DNA from: Treponemataceae bacterium
Lineage (GTDB): Bacteria; Spirochaetota; Spirochaetia; Treponematales; Rectinemataceae
Direction of reading: 5' to 3'
NCBI GenBank assembly: GCA_963677895.2
Contig: CAXXGJ010000038.1
Coordinates: forward strand, 1-64,000
Length of the DNA: 64,000 nucleotides
Under the pieces are notes generated by a model. That model was given only the letters and a program-made list of their open reading frames with translations. It searched no databases and was not told where the DNA came from. Shown here one piece after another: positions 39,101-47,884 of this stretch. How positions within the stretch are numbered: position 1 is the first letter of the stretch; each line of letters starts with the position of its first letter. Made by a program: the position numbers and the translations under genes.

Positions 39101-39551
39101 TCTCGTGCGGTTTACGGAATCCACCCTGGGCGCGAGCATAGATCTCTCCCTTAAAAGCGCCGAGGGCACCTCCCTGAGCATCTCGAGCGTCTCGGCCAAC
39201 AAATCGGCCTGGCGTTACTGGCCAGCGCTCTTTCCCTCTTCGGGGAGCTTCAATCCATCGGACTACTACAGGAATATTCTGACCGACCTTGCCAACTCTC
39301 TCTCCCTATGGGACAGCGCCAAGCTCAAGAGTTCGCTGTTCAAGCTGCAGAGCTTCAACCTTGAATTGGCCCAGGATTTGCACGATTGGAATCTGGAAGC
39401 GGCGCTCGGCATGAGTCCTGTGCTCGTCACGCCCGACAGCGGCCGACCCTACTACCAGCTTGATTTCTCTTTCAGCCTCGCGGTTACCTGGAAAGACATT
39501 CCGCAGATAAAGGCGTCGAAAGTCTACGAAGAAGGCGGATTCACTGAATGA
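36123..39551 (+). CDS. lptD: LPS-assembly protein LptD-like outer membrane protein
   Basis: Signal peptide; OstA-like ADEIVF...AKGNV, VTACEDPQPHYHIRAKKVW, G.VPVLWLPF, beta-rich C-terminus with DLHDW. Confidence 0.75.
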   Translation: MFRKAIALGLGIFLALSAFSQSQEASPLSATSSVASGAPEAAEAVKSADVLAAMSEIERKSLALDIAISNYYELRAMAEKYGLSAEGLSQELRSRLYEFFKLSPPATPPSASSMTIESASNLEYFTLEGSQDSYIRLSGPLTLKITTNDGFSHKIQADEIVFNRDKEIVQAKGNVLYIREGQGRSDEFRGSTILVDLKSYSGVFLDGVYNLDPSAAVKRSLSFHFEKLTRRATDLTILENALVTACEDPQPHYHIRAKKVWLFENGDWALSGATLYLGVVPVLWLPFFYYPNDEIVFHPVIGYRSREGAFVQTTTYLLGAMKRETNSSSSLSLFNEEGSGGTTELSGIFIKRLQSASVDGEDGAGKASKSSNGRTLKLLADIYSALGIYVGLAGTIPETKSGSLDFTVGMGLSRSLFLESNGFYSPFDSSNGNVSNWNSSNFLGLALPFRFGLDATYSYKKTSGPLRYSVAVKMPFYSDPYFEKDFYQRSESSNMLAAIDANTTAVSKRTSMTQSLQSSLSWSVQNAKGPSLLQSASVSKLAAQMAWKSKSQPTTGLTTAQKRMLAVDPQRDFFYPDSLKFLDSTFSLSGTFIQYDSKAKKTGDANAALPEAAGETGSEVIEGDDGNSVPSAENEGAKLAAADSSLAASEKKPRDFSQSSINLGWTASGSTSIEEKFYSSDWIYPEDVDTSLSYLLAGWKGSATLTSSGSWAERLLAMQTSLGFSSQDQWRPYLRDDRISPTTVHPYRLSDYSYRSTTVDASAALSVSPFRSGTSLSASSLQYSIGGTLYKNKYSGLTDDGKDSLPIYTSTWIGWNSDTLSSHALSATMSLAPRNKASQRLSFTASLPPLLEKYSAAYAFSRKYFQANLTGAISRASSGAELLPSTLSAQLVLGASPFPVLKSDFSWDFDEAAPLSSITSLEYGWAKTAFTAKKSKGYSFSDGLWSTDGTESFRPYEASLSLTPKIGEASVKTDQNGSSLQFYLRPTISYTQNLVRFTESTLGASIDLSLKSAEGTSLSISSVSANKSAWRYWPALFPSSGSFNPSDYYRNILTDLANSLSLWDSAKLKSSLFKLQSFNLELAQDLHDWNLEAALGMSPVLVTPDSGRPYYQLDFSFSLAVTWKDIPQIKASKVYEEGGFTE

Positions 39552-39700
39552 AAGAGCGGTGGCGCGCCGCCCGTGACCCGATGCTAGCGGCTTGATGGCC
39601 GTAGCCTGGCGCCGGCAGCCTGGATAATATACAAATCGCGCCCGCATCGATATACTTCATGATACGACATGAAGTATGTCATGGCATATAAGGAGAGGTT

Positions 39701-40672
39701 TTGAATTCGGAGAGCATTATATTGGAAAATACCGAATTGCTCGCTGAACTCTGCGGACCCAATGATTACAATCTTTCGATCATAGGGGATTTGTTGGGAA
39801 CCAGGGTTCTGAGCAGAGGAAACGAGCTGTCGATCGAGAGAGGGGACGAGGATAAACAGCGTCTTTTTTCCGCCCTGATCGATGCCCTCGTGACATCGGT
39901 GGAAGGGGGACTCCCGGCGACGCCCGATCTCATCATCGCGCTTCACGCCGAGCTGACGCCGCTTGGCCGCCAACTCTCGAGGGAAGAACGCGAATCCTCC
40001 TGCGAAGATTTCCTCGATTCCTGTATCCAGGTGCCTGGGAGCCATATAAAGATATATCCGCGGAGCAAAGGGCAAGGTCTCTACCTGAAGGGCTTGGCCA
40101 CACACGATCTCGTCTTCTCCGTCGGCCCTGCGGGAACGGGCAAGACCTATCTCGCGATGGCCTGGGCGCTCAGGGAATTGCTGGTAAAAGCCAAAAGGAA
40201 ACTCATCCTCACGAGACCCATCGTGGAGGCGGGAGAGAGCCTGGGCTTCCTTCCCGGTGATCTCGTCCAGAAGATAAACCCCTACCTGCGTCCTCTCTAT
40301 GATGCCATGGAACTGATTCTTCCCTTCGAAGCCATAAGACGCCTCGAGGAATCCAGATCCATAGAGGTGGCGCCGTTGGCCTATATGAGAGGTCGAAGCC
40401 TGAGCAACTGCGTCGTGATATTGGACGAAGCCCAGAACACTACCAAGGAGCAGATGAAGATGTTTCTGACCCGACTCGGGGAAAACTCGAAAGCGATCGT
40501 GACCGGGGACATCACCCAGATAGATCTGCCCAAGAGAACCGAGTCCGGACTCGTCCACGCGATCCAGATCCTTTCGAATATCGACGACGTCTTCGTGAAT
40601 CGCCTCGATTCCCGCGACGTGGTGAGAAGTCCATTGGTCAGAAAAATCATCGAAGCCTATGAAAATGAATGA
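39701..40672 (+). CDS. phoH: PhoH family protein
   Basis: GPAGTGKTYLA, RP.VEAGE.LGFLPGD, APLAYMRGR, DEAQN. TTG start after AAGGAGAGG. Confidence 0.96.
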   Translation: MNSESIILENTELLAELCGPNDYNLSIIGDLLGTRVLSRGNELSIERGDEDKQRLFSALIDALVTSVEGGLPATPDLIIALHAELTPLGRQLSREERESSCEDFLDSCIQVPGSHIKIYPRSKGQGLYLKGLATHDLVFSVGPAGTGKTYLAMAWALRELLVKAKRKLILTRPIVEAGESLGFLPGDLVQKINPYLRPLYDAMELILPFEAIRRLEESRSIEVAPLAYMRGRSLSNCVVILDEAQNTTKEQMKMFLTRLGENSKAIVTGDITQIDLPKRTESGLVHAIQILSNIDDVFVNRLDSRDVVRSPLVRKIIEAYENE

Positions 40673-42869
40673 TACCGTTTCTCCCGGAAAGCGCGGAATC
40701 TTCTCCGTGGATCCGGCAAGAGACAAATTTTTCAGCCTGCACTTTTTCATCAGCCTGGGTTTGGCCGCCTTGTTTCTTTTCTTTCTCGGACCGGGCTCGG
40801 TGGCCGTGAAGCGCAATTTCGAGGGCTTGGCTCCTGGCAGCATCGCGGATAGGGATATCACCGCAGGCAAGGACGTTGTCTATGTCGACGCCGAAGCGAC
40901 GCGCCTAAGGATAGACGCAGAGGAAAGACTTGTCCTTCCCGTCTTCCAGCTCGATACCGGCATCACCAGGAGAATGCTCGATCAATACGATAATTTCTCC
41001 AATAGCTTCAGGGAGCTTATGGACCAGGATATCGCGCTCGATACGGGCATCCTGATGCTTCAGAGCAAGTTTCCCGGAACATTGCCAAGGGATACCCTTC
41101 TCGCTTTGGCAAAATCCTCCCTCAAAGCCCAGGCCCTCGTCTACGCGAAGGATATACTGGGGAGAATACTCGGGGAGGGTGTCTTCTCGCTTCCTACCGA
41201 AGGTTTGAGCCGTTTTAACCAGGATTATTTCGAGCTGCGCCGTCTCGTAAACGACAAAACCGAGCTGGAACAGCGTTCCAGGAATTCCATGGTCACGAAA
41301 AGCGAAATCGGGAGGCTGATCGACGAGGAAATTTCCCTGAAACATCTGGCCCGCCCCCTCTCCGGCATCGTTGAAGGCCTCGTGACAGGCTTCGTGACGG
41401 AGAATGTCTTTTTTGACGAAGCGACCTCCCTTACCCGGCTGCGAAAAGTTGGCGCCAAGGTGGACCCAGTAACCCGCGCCGTCGGCAAGAATGAGCTGCT
41501 GATCCGTAAGGGCGAAATGGTGACCGATGAAAACTTCGCCAGGCTCCAAGCTATCCGCGGCGCCGTATCCCGCTCGGAAATCGGCCTCTCGATGCGGAGT
41601 CTGGGGATGCTTCTGGCTTCCGCGAGCCTTGGATTTTTCCTGCTCAGAAAGAAGGACGCGGATTATGGCGCGGCCGGCACGAACGGCGTACTCATGTGCG
41701 TCTACAGCGCGCTCGTCTTCTACGTAATTGTGCTTCTCGCGAGCCGGACCAGCGCAGGGGGATTCCAGTTCGAAGGAGCCTATCTTATTCCCGTGGCGCT
41801 TTTTACGGGAATCGGCGCGGCTCTCGCCGGGCAGCGCTTCTCTTTTTCTTTCTCCATCGCGCTCGGGATGCTGGCCGCTTCGGCTTCCAACCTGAATCCC
41901 TACTACATTGTTTTTGTCATCTTTTCGGGAATATTCGCTACGTTCATGATCAGCTCGGCCAAGACGAGGATCAACCTTGTGCTGGCCGCGGTCTTCCAGG
42001 CAGGCGTCCAGTTCCTGCTCGCCCTCATCCTGCTTGTTCAGCAGGGATTGAGAATCTCCGAACTTCTATCCCTTTCGGGGTACCTGGCGCTGAACGGGTT
42101 CATCAGCTGCGCCTTCATACTGGCCATCCTCCCCATTTTGGAGCAGTCGTTCAACCTTCCGACGCGATTCCGGCTCCTGGAGCTGTCGGACGTGAATTCG
42201 CCGGCCCTCAAGGAATTGCTCACCCAGGCTCCCGGGACCTATTCGCATTCCATGAATGTCGCCCACCTGGCCGAGGCCGCCGCCGAGGATATAGGCGCCA
42301 ACCCTCTCCTCGCTCGAGTGGGCGCCTACTATCACGACATAGGCAAGATCGAGCAGTCCGAGTATTTCGTCGAAAATCAGCGGGGCGTCAACAAGCACGA
42401 CGATATAAATCCCCGCCTTTCGGCCACGGTGATACGCAGTCATGTGAAGATCGGCGTCGAGAAGGCCAGGAGCCTCAAGCTGCCCAAGGCTGTCGTCGAT
42501 ATCATAGCCCAGCACCACGGCAATTCCGTGATCGCCTGGTTCTACGATAAGGCCAAAAAAGCGGACGATTCCATACGCAAGGAAGATTTTTCCTACCCGG
42601 GCTTCCCGCCGGCCAATAAGGAGTCCGGCATCGTCATGCTTGCCGACGCCGTCGAAGCCTCCACCCGCACCCTCAAGAAACCCTCGGTCCCGCGGCTGGA
42701 CGCCCATGTCCACCAGCTCATACTCGACAAGATACAGGAAGGACAGCTGGACGACTGCGAGCTTACCCTGAGGGACCTCGAAGTCATACGGCATTCCTTC
42801 GTGCGGATAATGGCCGGTCAGTTTCATTCCAGGATCGAATACCCCAAACAGAAGGAACAGGGACAATGA
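40659..42869 (+). CDS. 7TM-HD (HDIG) phosphohydrolase, PgpH-like
   Basis: Extracellular domain and 7 TM segments, then APGTYSHS, YYHDIGK, F.ENQ, QHHG, MLAD..EA. Confidence 0.92.
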   Translation: MKMNDTVSPGKRGIFSVDPARDKFFSLHFFISLGLAALFLFFLGPGSVAVKRNFEGLAPGSIADRDITAGKDVVYVDAEATRLRIDAEERLVLPVFQLDTGITRRMLDQYDNFSNSFRELMDQDIALDTGILMLQSKFPGTLPRDTLLALAKSSLKAQALVYAKDILGRILGEGVFSLPTEGLSRFNQDYFELRRLVNDKTELEQRSRNSMVTKSEIGRLIDEEISLKHLARPLSGIVEGLVTGFVTENVFFDEATSLTRLRKVGAKVDPVTRAVGKNELLIRKGEMVTDENFARLQAIRGAVSRSEIGLSMRSLGMLLASASLGFFLLRKKDADYGAAGTNGVLMCVYSALVFYVIVLLASRTSAGGFQFEGAYLIPVALFTGIGAALAGQRFSFSFSIALGMLAASASNLNPYYIVFVIFSGIFATFMISSAKTRINLVLAAVFQAGVQFLLALILLVQQGLRISELLSLSGYLALNGFISCAFILAILPILEQSFNLPTRFRLLELSDVNSPALKELLTQAPGTYSHSMNVAHLAEAAAEDIGANPLLARVGAYYHDIGKIEQSEYFVENQRGVNKHDDINPRLSATVIRSHVKIGVEKARSLKLPKAVVDIIAQHHGNSVIAWFYDKAKKADDSIRKEDFSYPGFPPANKESGIVMLADAVEASTRTLKKPSVPRLDAHVHQLILDKIQEGQLDDCELTLRDLEVIRHSFVRIMAGQFHSRIEYPKQKEQGQ

Positions 42870-43318
42870 ACAAGATCAGCCTTGATTGGCGCGACATAGA
42901 GGAACCTTCGTGGCTCGGGAAAGCCGAAGCGTTCGCGCTCCGGGCCCTCGCGTCCATCGGGAAGGACAACTGGGTGCTATCGCTTCTTTTTTGCGGCGAT
43001 GATTTCATAAGAACGCTGAACCGCGACTACAGGAACAAGGACGAAGCTACGGATGTTCTTTCTTTCTCGATGGGCGACAGCATCGAGGAAGAGGGCAACA
43101 CTATTTTTATCGCGGGAGACATTGTCATCAGCATCCCCTCTCTCGCGAGAAACGCCGAAGAATTCAATGTCAGCCGGGACGAGGAGCTGAAAAGACTTAT
43201 AATCCATGGTATTCTGCATCTGTCAGGCATGGATCACGAAGACAACAGCCCGCTCCAGCCGATGCTGGCGGAGCAGGAAGCCATATTGAAAACAGTCCAG
43301 GGAGAACGAATACTGTGA
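42866..43318 (+). CDS. ybeY: rRNA maturation endoribonuclease YbeY
   Basis: LNRDYRNKD.ATDVLSF, GDIVIS, HGILHLSGMDH. Confidence 0.96.
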   Translation: MNKISLDWRDIEEPSWLGKAEAFALRALASIGKDNWVLSLLFCGDDFIRTLNRDYRNKDEATDVLSFSMGDSIEEEGNTIFIAGDIVISIPSLARNAEEFNVSRDEELKRLIIHGILHLSGMDHEDNSPLQPMLAEQEAILKTVQGERIL

Positions 43319-44118
43319 GTCCCTTTCTTAGCCTATTCGGAAAGAAAAGCCAGGAGCCCAGAAAAAGCGACGAGCCCGAGGCCATAGAACAGATGGAAAT
43401 GATCGAAGGGGTTGAACAGCTCTCGGAAACCACGGTTAAGGAAGTGATGGTTCCGCGCACGGACACGGTGTTCATCGCCACGGACGCCGCGTTGAGCGAG
43501 GTTTTCGATACGCTGATCGAATCCGGCCACTCGCGCATTCCCGTCTACAAAGAGTCGATAGACAATGTCGTCGGAATACTCTACGCCAAGGATGTCATGG
43601 CCGCCCTCATCCATAAACAGGACATCAATATTCTCGCCTTGACGCGCAAACCCTTTTTCGTGCCCGAAACAAAGCGAATCGACAGCCTCCTGCGGGAATT
43701 CAAGCGAAGAAGAGTGCATATCGCCGTCGTCCTGGACGAATACGGCGGGACTTCGGGCATTGTCTGCATGGAGGATATCATCGAGGAGATCGTCGGCGAG
43801 ATACAGGATGAATACGACGACGAAGCCGAGGATATCATCCAGGTGGGGCCGCAGACATGGCTCTGCGACGCGCGCGTTCATCTCGACGAGGTCAGCGAGA
43901 AGATTGGCATCGACCTTTCCGAGCAGGAATTCGACAGTCTCGCCGGTTATGTTTTCGATCTTTTCGGCCGAATACCGACCGAGAACGAAAGCATAGCGAC
44001 GGAAGCGGCGATCTTTACCATTCAGACGATGGAAACGTACAGGATCCTTTCCGTCAAAATCGAAAAGTCCCAAAAGGCCGATGAGGAAACCGAGAAGAGC
44101 GTTGAGCCTGGGCAATGA
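43315..44118 (+). CDS. CBS-pair CorC/HlyC family protein
   Basis: VMVPR, GHSRIPVY, DEYGGTSGIV..EDIIEEIVGEIQDEYD. Confidence 0.92.
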   Translation: MSPFLSLFGKKSQEPRKSDEPEAIEQMEMIEGVEQLSETTVKEVMVPRTDTVFIATDAALSEVFDTLIESGHSRIPVYKESIDNVVGILYAKDVMAALIHKQDINILALTRKPFFVPETKRIDSLLREFKRRRVHIAVVLDEYGGTSGIVCMEDIIEEIVGEIQDEYDDEAEDIIQVGPQTWLCDARVHLDEVSEKIGIDLSEQEFDSLAGYVFDLFGRIPTENESIATEAAIFTIQTMETYRILSVKIEKSQKADEETEKSVEPGQ

Positions 44119-44195
44119 ACTAATATATGAAAAACCTGCATATTCATTCATAAATGTTTCAATATTTAAAACATCGTTTCAAGATGTAATTTTAC

Positions 44196-44224
44196 TTGCC
44201 GGAATCGATAACCCGGTATAGAAT
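44196..44224 (+). promoter_or_regulatory. sigma70-type promoter of gdhA
   Basis: TTGCCG-17-TAGAAT, downstream of an AT-rich tract. Confidence 0.55.
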
Positions 44225-44286
44225 AAAACCGCTGACACATCACCAGCGATATGAAAATTTCCCCAAAAACCCACAAGGAGGGTCGA

Positions 44287-45633
44287 ATGAATTCCTACAT
44301 AAAACAAGTTCTCGATGACCTGCGCGCACGTTGTCCTTGGGAAACCGAATTTCTCCAGGCTGCCGAAGAAGTCCTCGAGTCCATCGCTCCGGTCATCGAA
44401 GCTGAGCCGAAATACAAGGCCCAGAAGATCCTCGAGAGGATCGTCGAGCCCGAGCGAACCATTATGTTCAGGGTTCCCTGGGTTGACGACAAGGGCGAAT
44501 ACCATATCAACCGCGGCTACAGAGTCCAGTTCAACTCCGCGATCGGCCCCTACAAGGGCGGCCTTCGCTTCCATCCGAAAGTCACGCTATCCACGCTCAA
44601 GTTCCTCGGTTTCGAGCAGACCTTCAAGAACAGCCTCACCGGCCTTCCCATGGGCGGCGGCAAGGGCGGCTCCGACTTCGATCCGAACGGCAAGAGCGAT
44701 AACGAAATCATGCGTTTCTGCCAGAGTTTCATGACCGAACTCTTCCGCCATATCGGCCCGGACACCGACGTTCCGGCCGGTGACATCGGCGTCGGCGGCA
44801 GGGAAGTGGGATATCTCTTCGGCCAGTACAAGAGACTCGCCAACGAGTTCACGGGCGTTCTCACCGGCAAAGGCATGTCCTTCGGCGGATCACTCGTCCG
44901 TCCCGAAGCCACCGGTTTCGGCGCCACCTATTTCCTCAAGGAAATGCTCAAGCTCAAGAACGACAGCATCGCGGGCAAGACCATCGCCGTTTCCGGTTTC
45001 GGCAACGTGGCATGGGGCGTCTGCGTGAAAGCCAGCCAGCTCGGCGCCAAGGTAGTGACCATCTCCGGCCCCGACGGCTATATCTTCGATCCCGACGGCA
45101 TCGGCACCGAGGAAAAGTGGGACTATCTCAAGGAAATGCTCGTTATCGACAGGAATAAGTGCGAAACCTACGCGAAAAAATTCCCCAAAGCCAAGTTCGT
45201 CGCCGGCAAGAAACCCTGGGTACAGAAGGTCGACATCGCCATGCCCTGCGCCATCCAGAACGAGATGAACGGCGAGGACGCGAAGCTCCTGATCGCCAAC
45301 GGTGTCATGACCGTCGTCGAAGTGAGCAATATGGGTTGCACTCCCGAAGCCTGGAAGCTCTATGTCGAGAAAAAGATTCCCTTCGCTCCCGGCAAAGCCG
45401 CGAACGCGGGCGGCGTCGCGACTTCAGGCATCGAGATGACCCAGAACTCCATGAGACTCAACTGGACGGCTGAAGAGGTGGACGATAAACTCCATGCCAT
45501 CATGGTCCAAATCCACAAGACCTGCGCGGAAACGGCGGCCAGGTATGGTTTCGACGGCAACTATGTCGTCGGCGCCAACATCGCCGGATTCCAGAAAGTC
45601 GCCGAGGCGATGCTCGCCCAGGGTCTCGTCTGA
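44287..45633 (+). CDS. gdhA: Glutamate dehydrogenase (NADP-type family)
   Basis: GPYKGGLRFHP, GGGKGGSDFDP, DVPAGDIGVG, RPEATG, GFGNV, GKAANAGGV. AAGGAGG SD. Confidence 0.97.
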   Translation: MNSYIKQVLDDLRARCPWETEFLQAAEEVLESIAPVIEAEPKYKAQKILERIVEPERTIMFRVPWVDDKGEYHINRGYRVQFNSAIGPYKGGLRFHPKVTLSTLKFLGFEQTFKNSLTGLPMGGGKGGSDFDPNGKSDNEIMRFCQSFMTELFRHIGPDTDVPAGDIGVGGREVGYLFGQYKRLANEFTGVLTGKGMSFGGSLVRPEATGFGATYFLKEMLKLKNDSIAGKTIAVSGFGNVAWGVCVKASQLGAKVVTISGPDGYIFDPDGIGTEEKWDYLKEMLVIDRNKCETYAKKFPKAKFVAGKKPWVQKVDIAMPCAIQNEMNGEDAKLLIANGVMTVVEVSNMGCTPEAWKLYVEKKIPFAPGKAANAGGVATSGIEMTQNSMRLNWTAEEVDDKLHAIMVQIHKTCAETAARYGFDGNYVVGANIAGFQKVAEAMLAQGLV

Positions 45634-45691
45634 TTCCATCGAGGATGCTTTCCGCGGAATAAGGCGGAAAAATCCGATTTCGAAATTGAAG

Positions 45692-45726
45692 GAGCCGGTC
45701 GCGAAAAGCGATCGGCTCTTTTTTTT
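45692..45726 (+). terminator. Rho-independent terminator of gdhA
   Basis: GAGCCGGTCGC-GAAAA-GCGATCGGCTC followed by T8. Confidence 0.9.
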
Positions 45727-45832
45727 ACGCTTCGACGGAGCGGGAATGCATAAATGTCCGATGATCTGGTATAGTGATTGGAGATGGGCGACTTAACGAT
45801 ACTATATATGACCGTGAGGGGAACATAATCCG

Positions 45833-47110
45833 ATGATACGCCGCTGCGAAAAGAAGACTATTTCCGGAATTATCGACGCCCCGGCGTCGAAGAGTTCGAT
45901 GCAGAGAGCCGTGGCATGCGCCATGCTGTCCCAGGGAAGGAGCATCCTGCGAAACGCCGAACTCTGCGCCGATTCTGAATCAGCGCTGCGCCTGGCGCGG
46001 GCTATGGGCGCTTCGGTCCGGATCGACGGAATCGGTGTTTCGATCAAAGGCTCGCCGCTTTTTGCCGATGGTTCCGGAAAGGCCGCTCCTGGCGAGCTGG
46101 AACTGGACTGCGGGGAATCGGGACTCTGCATGCGCATGTTCTCGCCGATAGCGGCGCTCCTGGGCTCCGCCACGAAGCTGAGCGGGCGAGGGTCCCTCGC
46201 CGGCAGGCCCATGGGAATGGTGGAAGGCCCCTTGAAGGCGCTGGGCGTCGAATGCGCGAGCTCTAGCGGCCATGCCCCGCTTCTTATCAAGGGACCGCTC
46301 GCGGGCGGAAAAGCGGAAATAGACGCCGGCGAAAGTTCCCAGCTCCTCACGGGGCTTCTCATCGCCCTCCCGCTCGCGCAGCGCGATTCCGAGCTGGAAG
46401 TCCTGCATGCCGTGAGCAAAGGCTATCTCGACCTCACCATCGATACCTGCGCGGCCTTCGGCGTCAGAATTGAAAGAAATGAGGATTATTCCAGGTTTTG
46501 GATGAAGGGAGGACAAAGCTACAAGCCTGCCGAATTTACGGTGGAAGGCGACTGGAGCGGCGCGGCTTTCCTCATAGTAGCCGCGGCCATCGCGGCCGGG
46601 GAATCGGGACTCGCGATCAGGGGGCTGCGGCTGGATTCGAGTCAGCCCGACAAGGCGGTCGTGGATGCCGCGAGGGCCGCGGGCGCGTCGCTCGCGATGG
46701 AAGACAATGTCTTGACCCTTCGCCGCGAGCGCCTCGATGCCTTTGAGTTCGACGCAACCGATTGTCCCGACCTTTTTCCGCCCCTGGTTGCCTTAGCCTC
46801 CGCGTGCGGCGGCACTTCGGTCCTTCATGGCATCCATAGGCTACGCGGCAAGGAAAGCGACAGAGCGGCGAGCCTTAAGGCAATGTTTGACGCCCTTGGA
46901 GTTCCCGTGCGTCTGGAAGGAGATTCGATGGTGGTGGAAGGCGGGGAGACCCAAGGCGGAGAAGTCCATGCCTTCGGAGATCATCGCCTGGCGATGGCGG
47001 CCGCCGTCGCCGCCCTTGGGGCCAAGGGCGGCATCGAAATCCATGGAAGCGAATGCGTCTCCAAGTCCTGGCCGGATTTCTTCGAAGACCTGTCCTCGAT
47101 CAGCGTCTAG
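45833..47110 (+). CDS. aroA: EPSP synthase
   Basis: PASKS..QR, DCGESG...R, SSQ, EGDWS, LRGKESDR, DHRLAMA, KSWPDF. Confidence 0.96.
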   Translation: MIRRCEKKTISGIIDAPASKSSMQRAVACAMLSQGRSILRNAELCADSESALRLARAMGASVRIDGIGVSIKGSPLFADGSGKAAPGELELDCGESGLCMRMFSPIAALLGSATKLSGRGSLAGRPMGMVEGPLKALGVECASSSGHAPLLIKGPLAGGKAEIDAGESSQLLTGLLIALPLAQRDSELEVLHAVSKGYLDLTIDTCAAFGVRIERNEDYSRFWMKGGQSYKPAEFTVEGDWSGAAFLIVAAAIAAGESGLAIRGLRLDSSQPDKAVVDAARAAGASLAMEDNVLTLRRERLDAFEFDATDCPDLFPPLVALASACGGTSVLHGIHRLRGKESDRAASLKAMFDALGVPVRLEGDSMVVEGGETQGGEVHAFGDHRLAMAAAVAALGAKGGIEIHGSECVSKSWPDFFEDLSSISV

Positions 47111-47883
47111 TCGGCGATGTTCGTGCGGAGCGTATCGAGGAACTTTTTCATTTCCTCGTAATCGCGCTGGCGGATGATATGCGACAGGTAGGCGAGCTTT
47201 GAATTGATGAGTTCGATTTGGCGGATCGTGTAATTGTTGAACATGATTTCCGTCAGGAGTCTGTCGTCTTCCGAGAGAAGTCCTTTCGCTATTGTCATAT
47301 GACGCTTGAAATTGGTGCCGGGAGCGTCCTGTTTTTTCATGCATGCCGCGAACACCATGGTGGAGGCGAAGGGCGTAGCGAGGGAATACGCTACTGTCTT
47401 GTCGTGTTCCTCGAAGCTATAGTCGAAGATGCGAATTTTAAGCGAAGCGTAGAGCTCCCTGAAAAAAGCTTTGCCTGCTTCGCAGGATTCCGAGATGATT
47501 ATAGCGCTTTCATCGTGGAGATCGCGGATATTGGCGCCCGTCGGTCCGAACATGGGGTGGCTCGAGACGAAGGGTCTGCCCAGCTTTTCATAGTAATCCT
47601 TGAGATCTCCCTTGACCGAGGCGATGTCCGCCAGAATACAGCTTTCGGGAATATGGGGAATGACGGCATCGAAGGCTTCGGTCGTCCCGCCAAGCGCGAC
47701 GCAGTTGATGAAGAGTTCGGGTTTTACCGCGTCGAGTTCGCCCAGATCCAGGATTCTGTTGACTTTCATGAAATACTTCATCTTCAGCGGATCGGCATCG
47801 TGCACCCATACTTCGTGATTCCAGCAAAGCTCCTCGCTCAGCCAGGCTCCCATCCTGCCTGTTCCCAGAATGAAAATTTTCAT
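47107..47883 (-). CDS. tyrA: Prephenate dehydrogenase
   Basis: ILGTGRMG, DIASVK, SSHPMFGP, EEHD. Confidence 0.9.
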   Translation of the reverse strand: MKIFILGTGRMGAWLSEELCWNHEVWVHDADPLKMKYFMKVNRILDLGELDAVKPELFINCVALGGTTEAFDAVIPHIPESCILADIASVKGDLKDYYEKLGRPFVSSHPMFGPTGANIRDLHDESAIIISESCEAGKAFFRELYASLKIRIFDYSFEEHDKTVAYSLATPFASTMVFAACMKKQDAPGTNFKRHMTIAKGLLSEDDRLLTEIMFNNYTIRQIELINSKLAYLSHIIRQRDYEEMKKFLDTLRTNIAD

Positions 47884-47884
47884 G

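Noticed and set aside
39701..44118. phoH-7TM/HD-ybeY-corC as a novel system
   Set aside because: This is a well-known, widely conserved gene neighbourhood.
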